The notes: a model not told the origin generated them from the letters alone. A stretch of DNA of 64,000 nucleotides from Thermodesulfobacteriota bacterium (GCA_965198945.1 CBDAQI010000005.1:1-64000), one strand, 5' to 3'; numbered from the stretch's first letter, positions 1-11,391 are shown. Translations and numbers: made by a program.

Positions 1-1735
1 CATGACAGCACGGAAGTCTCAACCTTTTTTCTGCCTCGCGGAGGCTTTTCTATAACCGCAACTTCAAGATCTCCGTAAACGGTCATGGCAAGCGAGCGCG
101 GAATTGGCGTGGCAGTCATAACCAGAATATCGGGGCGGCGTCCTTTTTCTTTAAGCTTTTCCCGTTGTGCGACACCAAACTTATGCTGCTCATCTATGAT
201 AACAATCCCCAGTTTCTTGAATTTGACCCTGTCCTGAATAAGAGCGTGCGTGCCAACCACGACGCGCGCGGCGCCGTTCTCCACATCCTCAAGCGGGGAA
301 TTACGGTCGCCGCCTTTGAGTAGGACGGGCTTTATCCCTATTCTTTGCGTATATCCGGAAATAACCCTTGCATGCTGCTCCGCAAGAATTTGCGTGGGAG
401 CCATAATCGCCGCCTGAAAACCGGAATCAAGCGCCTTTGCAATTGCAAGCGCGGCCACAACCGTTTTGCCGGCGCCCACATCTCCCTGAAGCAGAATATT
501 CATCGGGGAGGGCTTCTCCATCGCGGAATTTATCAGCGCAAACGCTTTCTTCTGTGAGGAAGTCAGATTGAAAGGCAATGCCTCAGCCAAACGGCGTGAG
601 ATATTTCCGCAGGGCTCGAAAGAAATTCCACCCGCCTCATCGCCCCTGCTCCCGGCAATCCCTATTGCGAGCTGAAAAAGAAAAAACTCAAAAAAAGCCA
701 CCGTCCTCGGAGCGGGCAGCTCCCTGTCTTTTTCGCCCCGTTCCCATGCGGCGCGTGAAAAATCAGGACAAATGCCGGACTTTTCCGGAAAGTGCATCTC
801 GCCCAATGCCTCATCAAGCGGAATCAGCCCTTCGGCCAACCGGTCGGTAAAGCATCCGTCAGAATGGCACGGAGGCCCACGGCGTTATGAATAATTGACC
901 GGACGCGCCGCTGCTGAGTCCCTCGGTAAGTGAATACACGGGGTTATACGGTTTATGTGGATGCTTCCCTCAGCCTCGTCGGCTTTGTCAAGAACCTCTA
1001 TGCCGTCAGGCTGCGGATGCAGAATTTGCAGTGTCCGGCGTCGGGTGTCAAACTGAACATCCCCGCTCACCAGAACAAGTTTTCCACTCTTATACCTGCT
1101 CCTCATATACCTCTCGTCAAAATGAAACCAGACAAGGTCAAGGCGTGAGCGCCCGTCTTTCAGAACAACGCGAAACTGTGCGCCTGAGCCGCGCCGTGTT
1201 CTTCGCGCGGACTCCACTCTGCCGGCAACCGTTTGCCAACTGTTTGGAGTCGCCTGAGAAACCCCTTTATATGCCGTCTGTCCTCATACCTGAACGGGAA
1301 GTAAAACAAAGCGTCGCAGACCGTATGAATACCTTTTTTTGCGAGAAAGGAAGAAAATGAAGATCCAACCCCCTTGATTGAGTCTGCCGGGCTGTAAAGG
1401 GTTTGCGGCTGCGGGGCCGGGCCGGTTTTAGATGCGAGACATTATCAAACCGAGACACAAAAGCGCTTATACGGTCTATGGGAAGCTTGCAAGACTTTTT
1501 TTTTTCCGGGAGTCTGAAAGGTCGTCAAACCCCCCGGAACAGATCCCTGAGCGACTGCAGGTCCGCAAAATCTTCCGGCGGCAAAACCGAAAAAATTCTG
1601 CGGAATAATGGAATCTATATTGCCTTCAAACCCTCCCCGGAACCTTGCAAAATATGAGGGTCCGCCGCCGAGAGCGCCTGAGAGGCGTGACTCAAGATTT
1701 TTTAACGAATCAATAAGAATTCTTATATCAGACAC
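1..1735 (-). CDS. recG: ATP-dependent DNA helicase RecG, runs off the window edge and broken by several frameshifts (probably assembly indels)
   Basis: Minus-strand translation near 1-560 gives LLQGDVGAGKTVVA, VVVGTHALIQ, IIDEQHKFG and LVMTATPIPRSLAMTVYGDL. ORF 885-1217 holds the wedge-domain-like LVWF...VLVSGDV...ILHP. The start at 1735 is tentative. Confidence 0.9.
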
Positions 1736-3985
1736 CCGGGTCTTTTTGTCGGGAAGATGGTTTTTTTCCTTTCAACCCGCTTGATTCCGCCATTCTCAAG
1801 ACGTTCAAAATCCGAAGCGTTTCTGCAGCCCGGATAACCGGAACACGCAAGAAACTCAGCGCCGTCACGACGCCGCTTCTTTATGACCATCGGTTTGCCG
1901 CACTTGTCGCAAACAATGCCCGTCTCTTCGGGCTTCTCAGCCTGCTTGACCACTATTTTATCGTCAACCCTCTCAAAATCTGAAGCGTTCTTACAACCCG
2001 GATAACCGGAACATGCAAGAAAACTCAGCGCCGTCACGACGCCGCTTCTTTATGACCATCGGTTTGCCGCACTTGTCGCAAACAATGCCCGTCTCTTCAG
2101 GCTTCTCAGCCTGCTTGACCACTATTTTATCGTCAACCCTCTCAAAATCCGAAGCGTTCTTGCATTCCGGATAGTTTGAACAGGAAAGAAATTCGCCTCC
2201 GCCGCGCCGTCTGTTTTTGATCACCATAGTCGCGCCGCATTCGCCGCATTCAATATCGGTTTTCTGAACCTCGTTTGAAGACTCATTTGCGCTTTCAATC
2301 CTCTTTTTCAAACCACTCTGCTCACCAAAGTAGAAATCACTGAGCAATCCGTCCCACCGTTCGCCCCCCTGTTCAATCCCGTCCAGCCTTTCTTCCACTT
2401 GCGCGGTAAATTTTTCATCCATAATGTCCGGGAAATCCTTCACAAGATAGTCGTTAACCGCAAAACCAAGCTGCGTGGGAAGTAAAGCTCTTTTGTCTTT
2501 GGCCACGTATTGCCTTTCCTGAATCGTGGAAAGTATTGAAGCATATGTTGAGGGGCGTCCGATGCCCTTTTTTTCAAGATCTTTGATGAGAGAGGCCTCG
2601 TTGTATCTGGCGGGCGGCTTTGTAAAATGCTGAGAGGGAACAATCTCTTTACATTGGAGCCCCTCACCCGCGACGAGTCCGGGCAGTATATCCTCTTCGT
2701 CCTCCTCTTTGCGGGCCGGAGGTGAAACCAGCCTCCATCCCGAAAATACTTCAACCGTTCCCGTGGAGCGGAAAACCGCATCACCCGCACTGATGTCCGC
2801 CGTTGTTTTTTCATCAACCCCGACGCTCATCTGGCTTGCGGCAAACTTTCTCCATATCAGTTCATAAAGACGCGCCTGATCTTTTTCCAGAAACTTCGCC
2901 ATGTCTTCGGGTGTTCTTGAAATTGAAGTGACCCTTATCGCCTCGTGAGCGTCTTGCGCGTCTTTGCTGACTTTACGCACATTGGGCTTTGCCGGAACAA
3001 ACTCAGCGCCATATTTTTGTTTGATAAATGCGCGGGCTTCATCAACGGCGCGCGGAGAGAGGCGCACGGAATCAGTTCTCATATAGGTTATAAGACCCAC
3101 GGGGCCTTCCTCTCCGAGATCAATTCCCTCGTAGAGACGCTGGGCCAGATTCATTGTTTTCTTTACCGTGAAGCCGAGCTTTGTTGACGCTTCACGCTGT
3201 AATGTGCTCGTTATAAAAGGAGACGGCGGCTTCAGATTTACTTTCTTTTTCTCAACCGATGAAACCGTAAAACGCTCATTTTCAAGCGTTTTTACAATCT
3301 CAAGCGCTTTTTCTTCATTTGGAATTTCATCCCCGGAGTCTTGAAAACTGCGAAGCGCGGCGCTGAATGACTCACCGTTTTCCATGAGAAGACGGGCTTC
3401 AATCTTCCAGTATTCAACCGGATTAAAAGCCTGAATTTCACGCTCTTTCCTGACGACAAAATTCAACGCAATGCTCTGAACCCTTCCCGCACTTAAGTTG
3501 CCGCCTATTTTCTTCCAGAGCAGAGGGCTCACTTTGTAGCCGACAATTCTGTCCAGAATGCGCCGCGCCTGCTGCGCCTCAAATCTCGCCTGATTGATTT
3601 CCCCGCTTTCTTTGAAGGTTTCAAGAACGCCCTCTTTTGTTATTTCCCGTATCAAAACCCTGCGGGCCCTGTCGCCGAGTTTCAACTGCCGAGAGATATG
3701 CCATGCAATTGCTTCACCTTCTCTGTCCGGGTCTGTGGCAAGATAGACCGTTTCTTTTCCTCTGGCGGACTTGCGCAGAGAATCAAGCACTTTCTGCTTG
3801 CCCTTTATGACCGCATAGTCGGGCTTGAAACCGTTATCAAGATCAACTCCGAGTCTGCCGTGCGTTTTGTCGGAAAGGTCAACAACATGGCCGACGGACG
3901 CCTCAACTTCATAACCTTCGCCGAGATAACTTTTGATGGTCTTCGCTTTTGCGGGTGATTCCACAATTACAAGAGATTTAGCCAT
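1723..3985 (-). CDS. topA: DNA topoisomerase I with three C-terminal C4 zinc ribbons; one frameshift near 2020
   Basis: KSLVIVESPAKAKTI, LATDPDREGEAIAWH, GLITYMRTDS, GIGRPSTYA. GGAGG RBS before the ATG at 3985. ORFs 1991-4003 and 1723-2037 join if one extra A is removed. Confidence 0.95.
1831..2167. repeat. Near-perfect 168-bp tandem duplication encoding a topA zinc-ribbon unit
   Basis: cggataaccggaaca(c/t)gcaagaaa(a)ctcagcgccgtcacgacg... starts at 1831 and at 1999; the second copy has one extra A. Confidence 0.9.
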
Positions 3986-3999
3986 TTTGCGGCCTCCAT

Positions 4000-4989
4000 T
4001 CAAATTTCGGGCATTTCAATCCGGCTTGCCCAATCCCTGTTTTTAAGATACCAGTCAATGCAAAATTTTACCCCCTCTTCAATTTCAACCTCAGGTTTCC
4101 AGCCGAGAATTCTTTCCGCCTTTGATATATCAGCCGCGGTTGCCACGGAATCGGCGGGATTCATCGGCTCTTTTTTCAAAACGGCTTTTTTGCCGAGACC
4201 GTCTTCTATCATCTGAATAATTTCATTGAGAGCCACCCGGTTTCCGCCCGCTATGTTAATCGGTTCAAAACCCACATTCTTGACCGAAAGCAGTGTTGCT
4301 CTCGCAATGTCATCAATAAATGTAAAATCTCTGCTTTGAGTTCCGTCTCCGTAAATCACAATTTCCTCACCCTCCGCAACGGCGCGAACAAACCGGAATA
4401 TGCTCATGTCAGGCCTGCCCGCGGGCCCGTAAACGGTAAAATACCTGAGCACGGAAACGTCAATACCGAAAATTTTATGGTAGGAATGGCAAAGCCCCTC
4501 GCCCGCACACTTTGAAGCCGCATAAGGAGAAAGAGGCCTGTCAATAGGGGATTTGGCTTCCACCAGAGGAAGTTCTCCGTTTCCATAAACGCTTGAGGAG
4601 GATATAAAAACAAACTTTTCTATGCCTCGCCCCCGGCATATCTCAAGCAGGTTCAGAGTGCCCGTAACGTTTGTTTTGTAATACTCGGCGGGAATTACGG
4701 CGCTTTTTCTTACCCCCGCGCGCGCGGCGAGGTTTATCACAGCCTGCGGAGAAAAATCTTTTTCCAGACCCGCAAAAAACTCCCCCATCCGTTTTGAGTC
4801 CGCAATATCGGTTTTTTGAAAAGAAAAACCTTCCGATGCCGAAAGGCTCTCAAGGCGTCTCAGTTTAAGAGCCGGGTCATATGCGTCATTCAGGTTGTCC
4901 ACTCCGGCAACCCTGTCACCTCTTTCGAGCAGCATGGCACAAACGCGCGCGCCTATGAATCCCGCACAACCGCTTACAACAAAATCCAT
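4000..4989 (-). CDS. NAD-dependent epimerase/dehydratase (UDP-glucuronate 4-epimerase-like)
   Basis: GCAGFIG, NLAARAGVR, SSSSVYG, YAASK, RYFTVYGPAGRPDM. The start was reassigned to the ATG at 4989. Confidence 0.88.
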   Translation of the reverse strand: MDFVVSGCAGFIGARVCAMLLERGDRVAGVDNLNDAYDPALKLRRLESLSASEGFSFQKTDIADSKRMGEFFAGLEKDFSPQAVINLAARAGVRKSAVIPAEYYKTNVTGTLNLLEICRGRGIEKFVFISSSSVYGNGELPLVEAKSPIDRPLSPYAASKCAGEGLCHSYHKIFGIDVSVLRYFTVYGPAGRPDMSIFRFVRAVAEGEEIVIYGDGTQSRDFTFIDDIARATLLSVKNVGFEPINIAGGNRVALNEIIQMIEDGLGKKAVLKKEPMNPADSVATAADISKAERILGWKPEVEIEEGVKFCIDWYLKNRDWASRIEMPEI

Positions 4990-4991
4990 CC

Positions 4992-6320
4992 CTAACCCGG
5001 CCCCCCGGAACCGTCCGGCTCTCCGATACAAAAATACCGGAACCCCATTTGCCTCATTTTCTCCGGGGAATAGATGTTTCTCCCGTCAACAACAACGGGA
5101 GATTTCATAAAGGACAGAAGTCTGCCGAAATCGGGCTGTCTGTATTCGTTCCACTCCGTGGCTATAAAAAGCGCGTCCGCGCCTTCACACGCATCGTAGG
5201 GAGTAAGAGCCCTTTTCACATCCGGCGGAATGGACTCTTTTGCGGCCCCGGCAAAAGCAACCGGGTCATGAGCTTTAACATCCGCCCCCTCGCCTATGAG
5301 TTCCCGCATTATGTGGATTGCCGGAGATTCCCTTATATCATCCGTATTGGGCTTGAAAGACACGCCCCAGAAAGCGATCCTGACACCTTTGAGCCCCTCC
5401 GGGAAAAGGCTTCTGATTTTTCCCAGAAAAACCTCGCGCTGAAGGGTGTTGACCTCATCAACCGCGGAGCAGATTTTCATGCCAAAGCCGTTTTCAGCCG
5501 CCGTTCCCATAACCGCTCTTACATCTTTGGGCAGGCATGAGCCGCCGTATCCGACTCCCGGATAGAGGAACTTGTCGCCTATCCTCTCATCGGCCGCCAT
5601 AACCGAGCGCACTTGTGAAACACTCGCCCCCATTTTTTCACAAAAACCGGCCATTTCGTTCATGAAAGATATGCGTGTTGCAAGCATCGCATTTGAGGCG
5701 TATTTTGCAATCTCGGACGAACGTATGGAAATTGATATAAGCCTCTCACCGCGCCTCATATAAGGCGAATAGAGAGACCGCAGAAGGCTTTCGGCTTTTT
5801 CGCTGTCTGTTCCTATGACAATTCTGTCCGGACTCAGAAAATCTTTCACGGCCGACCCTTCTTTCAGAAATTCGGGATTGGAAGCGACATCAAAGTTGCT
5901 TCCGCCGTTTTCCAGCACAATGTCTCCGACTTTTTCAGTTGTTCCGGGAGGAACGGTGCTTTTGGTCACTATCAGCTTGTAACTATCTCCGCACAACCCC
6001 CCGAACTGTTTTGCCACATCAAAAACAAAACTTAAATCGGGAGACCCGTTTTCGGTCTGGGGAGTTCCGACCGCTATAAAAACAATCTGCGACCCGGCGA
6101 TGGCTTCATCAGAGTTGTCAGTAAAAGCGAGCCGCCCGTCCCTGATGTTCTTGGCGACTATCTCGTCAAGGTTAGGCTCGTAAAAAGGAGTAACACCTTT
6201 TTCAAGTGATTCTATTTTTCTCCTGTCCACATCGGCGCAGACAACATAGTTTCCGCTGTCGGCAAGGCATGCTCCGGTGACCAGTCCCACATATCCCGTT
6301 CCTATTACTCCTATTTTCAA
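4992..6320 (-). CDS. ugd: UDP-glucose 6-dehydrogenase
   Basis: VIGTGYVGL, KSTVPPGT, SNPEFLKEG, GYGGSCLPKD, FKPNTDDIRESP. Confidence 0.93.
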   Translation of the reverse strand: MKIGVIGTGYVGLVTGACLADSGNYVVCADVDRRKIESLEKGVTPFYEPNLDEIVAKNIRDGRLAFTDNSDEAIAGSQIVFIAVGTPQTENGSPDLSFVFDVAKQFGGLCGDSYKLIVTKSTVPPGTTEKVGDIVLENGGSNFDVASNPEFLKEGSAVKDFLSPDRIVIGTDSEKAESLLRSLYSPYMRRGERLISISIRSSEIAKYASNAMLATRISFMNEMAGFCEKMGASVSQVRSVMAADERIGDKFLYPGVGYGGSCLPKDVRAVMGTAAENGFGMKICSAVDEVNTLQREVFLGKIRSLFPEGLKGVRIAFWGVSFKPNTDDIRESPAIHIMRELIGEGADVKAHDPVAFAGAAKESIPPDVKRALTPYDACEGADALFIATEWNEYRQPDFGRLLSFMKSPVVVDGRNIYSPEKMRQMGFRYFCIGEPDGSGGPG

Positions 6321-6368
6321 AAGAATTCTCCGGTTGAAAACCCAATTTTATACTTAAGCGGGGAACAT

Positions 6369-6815
6369 TCAAGAAACGCTTTCGGGCAAAAATCTGTAGA
6401 TTTTCCCTCCGCATTCAACAACGAACCCGCCCCCGGATATCGGCTTTGCCGCAGAAGCTATGGAGTAATAAACGCCGCTGAGAAAACGCGCTTTGAAACG
6501 CCCTTCTTTAATCAGAGCATAGGGAACATTGTTAGAATCTACGCTGAGAACGCTTTGCTCGGTGAGAATTTCCGAAGTTTCATCATTGATTCCCACTATC
6601 ATGCCCTCATCGGTCAAATCTGCGGAAACCACAACAAAAGGAGTATCCTCAACCTCAACCTCAATTACGACATCGCCCTCAACAACTTCAAAACCCCCGT
6701 TTTTTCCATTGCGCAGATTGCGGTTGTTTTCAAGGTATGTCCATCTGTGGGTTATCGGAATCCCGTCCTGAAACCACCTGCCTTTTTTGTCTATGAATAT
6801 ACGGGGATGTTTCAT
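6369..6815 (-). CDS. DUF1285-like hypothetical protein
   Basis: IFIDKKGRWFQDG.PITH and IEVEDTPFVV resemble the DUF1285 N-terminus (recalled, not searched). Confidence 0.6.
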   Translation of the reverse strand: MKHPRIFIDKKGRWFQDGIPITHRWTYLENNRNLRNGKNGGFEVVEGDVVIEVEVEDTPFVVVSADLTDEGMIVGINDETSEILTEQSVLSVDSNNVPYALIKEGRFKARFLSGVYYSIASAAKPISGGGFVVECGGKIYRFLPESVS

Positions 6816-6827
6816 CGCGGGCGGTTT

Positions 6828-7508
6828 TTATAATATGTTTCCGTCTTTCATTCTGACAACTTTTCGGCAACAGTCCGCAACCTCATTTTCATGGGTAATC
6901 ATAACAATTGTCGTGCCGGAAGCATTCACTTTTTGAAGAAGATTCATAATCTCAAAAGTGTTTTTACTGTCAAGGTTTCCCGTCGGCTCATCGGCAAGAA
7001 TGACGGCCGGGCTTGCGCAAAGGGAGCGCGCTATGGCAACCCTTTGCTGCTGACCGCCTGAAAGCTGTGAAGGCATGTGACTCTGTCTGTCGGAAAGACC
7101 GACGGATTCAAGTATTTTAAGGGCCCTCTCCCGCCTTTCCCTCACGGGCAGCCCGCCGTAAATGAGAGGCAATTCCACATTCTCTCGCGCGGTTAAGCGC
7201 GGAAGCAGATTAAAGCTCTGAAAAACAAACCCTATGCGCCTTCGTCTCATCTCTGAAAGCCGGTCAGCAGACATTGAGGAAACTTCCTTCTCCTCAAACA
7301 GATAATCTCCCGAATCCGGAGTGTCCAGAAGCCCGAGAATGTTCATCAAAGTGCTTTTCCCCGACCCGGAAGAGCCCATAATTGCCATTAAATCCCCCGG
7401 TAGAATTTCAAGAGAAACGCCCCGCAAAGCATGAACGGCGGTGTCTCCGGACAGATAGGTTTTTTCAATTCCGGAAAGGGATATTACGGGCTCTTGAGCG
7501 GACGGCAT
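6828..7508 (-). CDS. ABC transporter ATP-binding protein (MacB/LolD type)
   Basis: GSSGSGKST, IGFVFQSFNLL, LSGGQQQRVAIAR, LADEPTGNLD. Confidence 0.93.
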   Translation of the reverse strand: MPSAQEPVISLSGIEKTYLSGDTAVHALRGVSLEILPGDLMAIMGSSGSGKSTLMNILGLLDTPDSGDYLFEEKEVSSMSADRLSEMRRRRIGFVFQSFNLLPRLTARENVELPLIYGGLPVRERRERALKILESVGLSDRQSHMPSQLSGGQQQRVAIARSLCASPAVILADEPTGNLDSKNTFEIMNLLQKVNASGTTIVMITHENEVADCCRKVVRMKDGNIL

Positions 7509-7522
7509 ATATCTAAAGCCAA

Positions 7523-8632
7523 TCAGAAACGTTTCGGCTGAGGAAGAGTCATGCCTGAAGAATCGCCGCCGATTTGACCGTCTGAAACAACTCCAACCAC
7601 AACCTCATCTCCCTCTGACAGCCCGCCGGTTTTAACTTCGGCGTAGAGTTCATTACTCTCTCCGACGGTAACGGGAACTCGTTTCAGCCCTTCAGCGGTT
7701 TTTACCCAGACCGCAGAGCCGGAAGCGGCGTGTGCGGAGCCGTCAGAGGGAAGAAAACGCAGAGCCGCAGTCGGAATGCGGATAACATCGTCAACTTGAG
7801 CGGTTTTGACCACAACATCCGCAATCATTCCGGATTTCAACATATGTTCCGGATTATTAACAAGGGCGGACACTTCGTAAGTAACGGCGCCCGGCCCTTC
7901 AACCGGCGCCTCAGGCACCGAAATTATCTCGCCGGCAAAACCGCGATTTTTGAAAGCTAAGACGGTAAAATGAACGCGCTGGTTTTCAGAAATGCTCCCT
8001 ATGTCCGCCTCACCTACACGAACCAGAAGTTTCATCTTATCGGGAATACCCGCAACCTTCATCAGCATTCCGCCTTTGGCGTCAACAGATCGTCCCTCTT
8101 CAACGGAGCGGTAAATTACGGTTCCTTTCAGGGGGGATTTTATCTCCGTGGCTTTGAGTTTTTTTGCCGCCTCGGAAAATTCCGCCTTTGCATGCTCCAC
8201 GGCTATTTTTGCCAGATTGTAGTCATTTGCCGAAGTCAGCTGTTTTTCGTAAAGCTCGGACTGATAATTAAAATCGGCCTCTTTCGTTTCAAACTCGGCG
8301 CGCGCCTTCTCGTAACGCGCTTTAAGCACGGCCGCGTCAAGACGGACGAGGACATCACCCTCCTCAACGGGGTCGCTCTCCTGTTTCAACACCTCGGTAA
8401 CAATTCCCGGTATGGTGCTGTGTATCTCCGCCTCTTCAAAATGTTTTAAGTTGCCGACCGACGTTATTGTGGAAATTACACTGCCAACCGAAGCTCTCTC
8501 GGTTTTGTATTCAACGGACTGTTCATCGGAAATAAGCGCCCAGGCGCAGGCCACAAGCGCTATTATAAAAACAACCCGCCATTTTAAGCTCAAATCGCGA
8601 AACGCGGAAAAAAGTTTATTGATTTTCCTCAC
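7523..8632 (-). CDS. Efflux periplasmic adaptor (MacA/HlyD family)
   Basis: N-terminal TM segment, lipoyl halves (VEEGDVLVRLD, IKSPLKGTV), VGEADIG, IPTAAL. Confidence 0.88.
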   Translation of the reverse strand: MRKINKLFSAFRDLSLKWRVVFIIALVACAWALISDEQSVEYKTERASVGSVISTITSVGNLKHFEEAEIHSTIPGIVTEVLKQESDPVEEGDVLVRLDAAVLKARYEKARAEFETKEADFNYQSELYEKQLTSANDYNLAKIAVEHAKAEFSEAAKKLKATEIKSPLKGTVIYRSVEEGRSVDAKGGMLMKVAGIPDKMKLLVRVGEADIGSISENQRVHFTVLAFKNRGFAGEIISVPEAPVEGPGAVTYEVSALVNNPEHMLKSGMIADVVVKTAQVDDVIRIPTAALRFLPSDGSAHAASGSAVWVKTAEGLKRVPVTVGESNELYAEVKTGGLSEGDEVVVGVVSDGQIGGDSSGMTLPQPKRF

Positions 8633-9932
8633 TTTGGATCTCCCCCTTGCCGCCCCCGGTCACAACCTGACCGGCGAGAAATTTCAAATCCACAAGCAAC
8701 AACCTTTTATTATACACGGATTCTTCGTATTGGAGGTAAAATTTTGCATATTCTTTCTCGGCAAAAACAAGATCCAGTTTTGAAGATGCGCCGATTTTTT
8801 CTTTCTCGCGGGCAAGTATCAGTTTTTTCTCCGCCGTGTCGAGATTTTTTTTGCTCAAGTCTATGTTTGAATCCGCATGAGAAATATTAAGAAGAAGTCT
8901 CCTGATTTCCCGTTCAAGACGCTGTTTTTCAAGCGCGATCCGTATTTCGGCTCTTTGATATGCCGCGCGCGTTCTATCCAGGGAGCCGAAACGGGAAAGG
9001 CCCTGGAAAATCGGTATTGTTGCTCCCGCACCGGCTATAAAAGCGGGGGTCTCAGCACCCTCGCCTTTGAATCTGTAAGCCACTCTTCCGTAGAACACGG
9101 GCAGAAATTCGGCGCGTGCGGCGGCCATGTCGGACTCATAACTTTTCAAACGCTCGTTAAGGCCCAGCAGGGAAGGATTATTTTTTAAGACCTCTGAAAC
9201 AATCTTTTCTGGGGGCGGAAAAACGCTTTCCCCATCCTTCGGAGTCTCAAGAATTATGTCATTTCCGTCCGTGATTCCAAGAAGTTGAAAAAGCTCAAAC
9301 CGTGCGCTCTGAACACGGTTTTTTACACCGCTTAATTCAAAAAGGACGCTTTTTTCATCCGACTCCTGCTGGGCAAGGTCAAGCGGCGATATGCGGCCGT
9401 TTTTCTCAAGAACACGGCTTCTTTCAAGATTCATAACCGCAAGCTGGTGGTTTTTCTCCACATAAATAAGGTGGGCTTCTTCAAACAAAACCCTGTAAAA
9501 AGCCTTCCTTACTTGTCTGACAGCTTCATTCGCGGCGTTTTGTTTTGAAAAACCGGCCATCGCAATAAGGTTTTCCTGCGATTTAACACGGTTTTTTGTA
9601 CGGCCGAAATCCCAGATTATCTGGTCGGCAAAAAAACCGGACTCGCGCCCGATAAAAGGCGCCACCAGCTTGGAATAGACTTGCGGATAATATGCTCCCG
9701 CCGCCTCTTTGCGCAGACCCTCGTGTATTTTGACATCGGTGCCGGCAAGTCTGACTTCAAGGCTTGACTCAACCGCCATACCCTCGGCCTCTTCAAGCGA
9801 AAGGTTTTTTGCTCTTAAAAGCCCCGGTGTGGAAACGGCAAAAAATAAAAACAGAAAAAAAACGGAGAATACGCGCCTGAAACTATTTAGTTGAAAAACC
9901 GGAAATTTGCTAATTGGAAGCGGAAAATGCAT
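8616..9932 (-). CDS. TolC-family outer membrane efflux protein
   Basis: Signal peptide, LSLEEA, IIWDFG, IPIFQG and coiled-coil repeats; first gene of the MFP/ABC operon. Confidence 0.85.
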   Translation of the reverse strand: MHFPLPISKFPVFQLNSFRRVFSVFFLFLFFAVSTPGLLRAKNLSLEEAEGMAVESSLEVRLAGTDVKIHEGLRKEAAGAYYPQVYSKLVAPFIGRESGFFADQIIWDFGRTKNRVKSQENLIAMAGFSKQNAANEAVRQVRKAFYRVLFEEAHLIYVEKNHQLAVMNLERSRVLEKNGRISPLDLAQQESDEKSVLFELSGVKNRVQSARFELFQLLGITDGNDIILETPKDGESVFPPPEKIVSEVLKNNPSLLGLNERLKSYESDMAAARAEFLPVFYGRVAYRFKGEGAETPAFIAGAGATIPIFQGLSRFGSLDRTRAAYQRAEIRIALEKQRLEREIRRLLLNISHADSNIDLSKKNLDTAEKKLILAREKEKIGASSKLDLVFAEKEYAKFYLQYEESVYNKRLLLVDLKFLAGQVVTGGGKGEIQSEENQ

Positions 9933-10060
9933 TTTATCGGGGTTTTTATTAAGGGTGGCCTCATTATAACAAAGATTAAACGCGGTTTACAGAAGAAAAC
10001 CTCCGAAGCAAGCGGGCAAAAAACCAGCGCCGCCGGATACTGTTAAATTATAAAGCCGCC

Positions 10061-11254
10061 ATGAAAAGGAAACCCGCCGCACTGAAAAAACCCCTGTCAA
10101 TCTACGTCCACTTTCCCTACTGTGATTTCAAATGCCCTTTTTGCAACCTGAACGCATGGGAGCAAAAGGGATTTGATGAAAAAACATATATTGAGTCGTT
10201 GCGGAGGGAGTATGAAAACACCGTCGCCGGAATGCCCGGATTGATGTCAGATTATGTGATTGACACCGTTTTTATGGGAGGAGGAACGCCTTCTCTTTTC
10301 ACTGTACAGTCCGTGGAAAAAACGCTTGAGTTTCTGTCGGACAAATGCGCAATTTCAGAACACGCCGAAATATCCATTGAAACTCATCCCTTATCGTCCG
10401 AGACCAACAGGCTAAAAGGATACCGGGAGGCCGGTGTCAACCGTGTAAGCATAGGCGTTCAGTCTTTTTCTTCGGAAAAATTGAAAAGCCTCGGAAGAAG
10501 ATACGAGGCGGAGAGCTGCTTTGAGGCGGTGGAAAATGCCAAAGAATCGGGAGTCGGAAATATAAGCCTGGACATAATAGCCGGGGCTCCGGGAGAAACT
10601 CCCGGAACTTTTGGAGAAGACATTCAAAGAGCCGCAGACACCGGGGTAACCCATTTGTCCGTTTACAATCTTGAAGTTGAAAAAGGAACCCGTTTTTATG
10701 CGCTTGCAAAAAGAGGCGAGCTGCCGCTCCCTTCAACGGAACAGTCCACACAGATGATTGAGAGGGCCGTGAGAGAAATGGAAGCGCGCGGAATGGAAAG
10801 GTATGAAATCTCAAGTTTCGCGGAGCCGGGAGGCCGGTGCAGACACAACATAAACTATTGGCGTTCGGGAGACTACATCGGTCTCGGCGCGGGCGCCCAC
10901 TCACATCTGACCACCGAAGACGCGCCTTTCGGCCTGAGGTGGGCGAACCCCCGGAGTCCCGGAATTTATATGGGAAAAGCCGGGCGCGGAATTGTATCCA
11001 AAAGGAAAAAAAATGATGCGGAAACGGGTTTTACAGACTGTTTGATGATGGGGCTGCGCCTTGCCGAGGGCATTGACATGCGGCTTGCCGAGAAAAAATT
11101 CAGCGTCTCGGTGGACAAAAACACTATTGAAAAACTTGAAAACGGCGGTTTTTTAAGCGTCTCAAACGGAACCGTTAAAATGACGGCAAAAGGATTTCTT
11201 GTTGCAAACTCCATATTTGTGGAAATTACGGGCAAAGTGAAAATTGTTTCATAG
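10061..11254 (+). CDS. hemW: Radical SAM heme chaperone HemW (HemN-like)
   Basis: YVHFPYCDFKCPFC, GGGTPS, RVSIGVQSF, YEISSF...HNINYW, YIGLGAGAH. Confidence 0.88.
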   Translation: MKRKPAALKKPLSIYVHFPYCDFKCPFCNLNAWEQKGFDEKTYIESLRREYENTVAGMPGLMSDYVIDTVFMGGGTPSLFTVQSVEKTLEFLSDKCAISEHAEISIETHPLSSETNRLKGYREAGVNRVSIGVQSFSSEKLKSLGRRYEAESCFEAVENAKESGVGNISLDIIAGAPGETPGTFGEDIQRAADTGVTHLSVYNLEVEKGTRFYALAKRGELPLPSTEQSTQMIERAVREMEARGMERYEISSFAEPGGRCRHNINYWRSGDYIGLGAGAHSHLTTEDAPFGLRWANPRSPGIYMGKAGRGIVSKRKKNDAETGFTDCLMMGLRLAEGIDMRLAEKKFSVSVDKNTIEKLENGGFLSVSNGTVKMTAKGFLVANSIFVEITGKVKIVS

Positions 11255-11391
11255 GGTAATCTGACAAATATTCCAGCCTCCGGAAGAGCAAAAATGGCAA
11301 AAATCATCACCGTAAAAGCACAGAAAAACTCGGAGACTCATCAATAAAAAGCAGATACGGAGGCAAAGAAATTTTTAAAGCAGTTGGCAAC
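11160..11391 (+). repeat. Left copy of the hemW-3'/eno-5' junction duplication, containing a deleted eno pseudo-fragment (11294-11391)
   Basis: The ATG at 11294 reads MAKIITVKAQ (eno: [10 protein letters not shown]). 11329-11391 reads LGDSSIKSRYGGKEIFKAVGN versus eno 13840-13902 [21 protein letters not shown], 48/63 nt identical by hand count. Confidence 0.85.
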
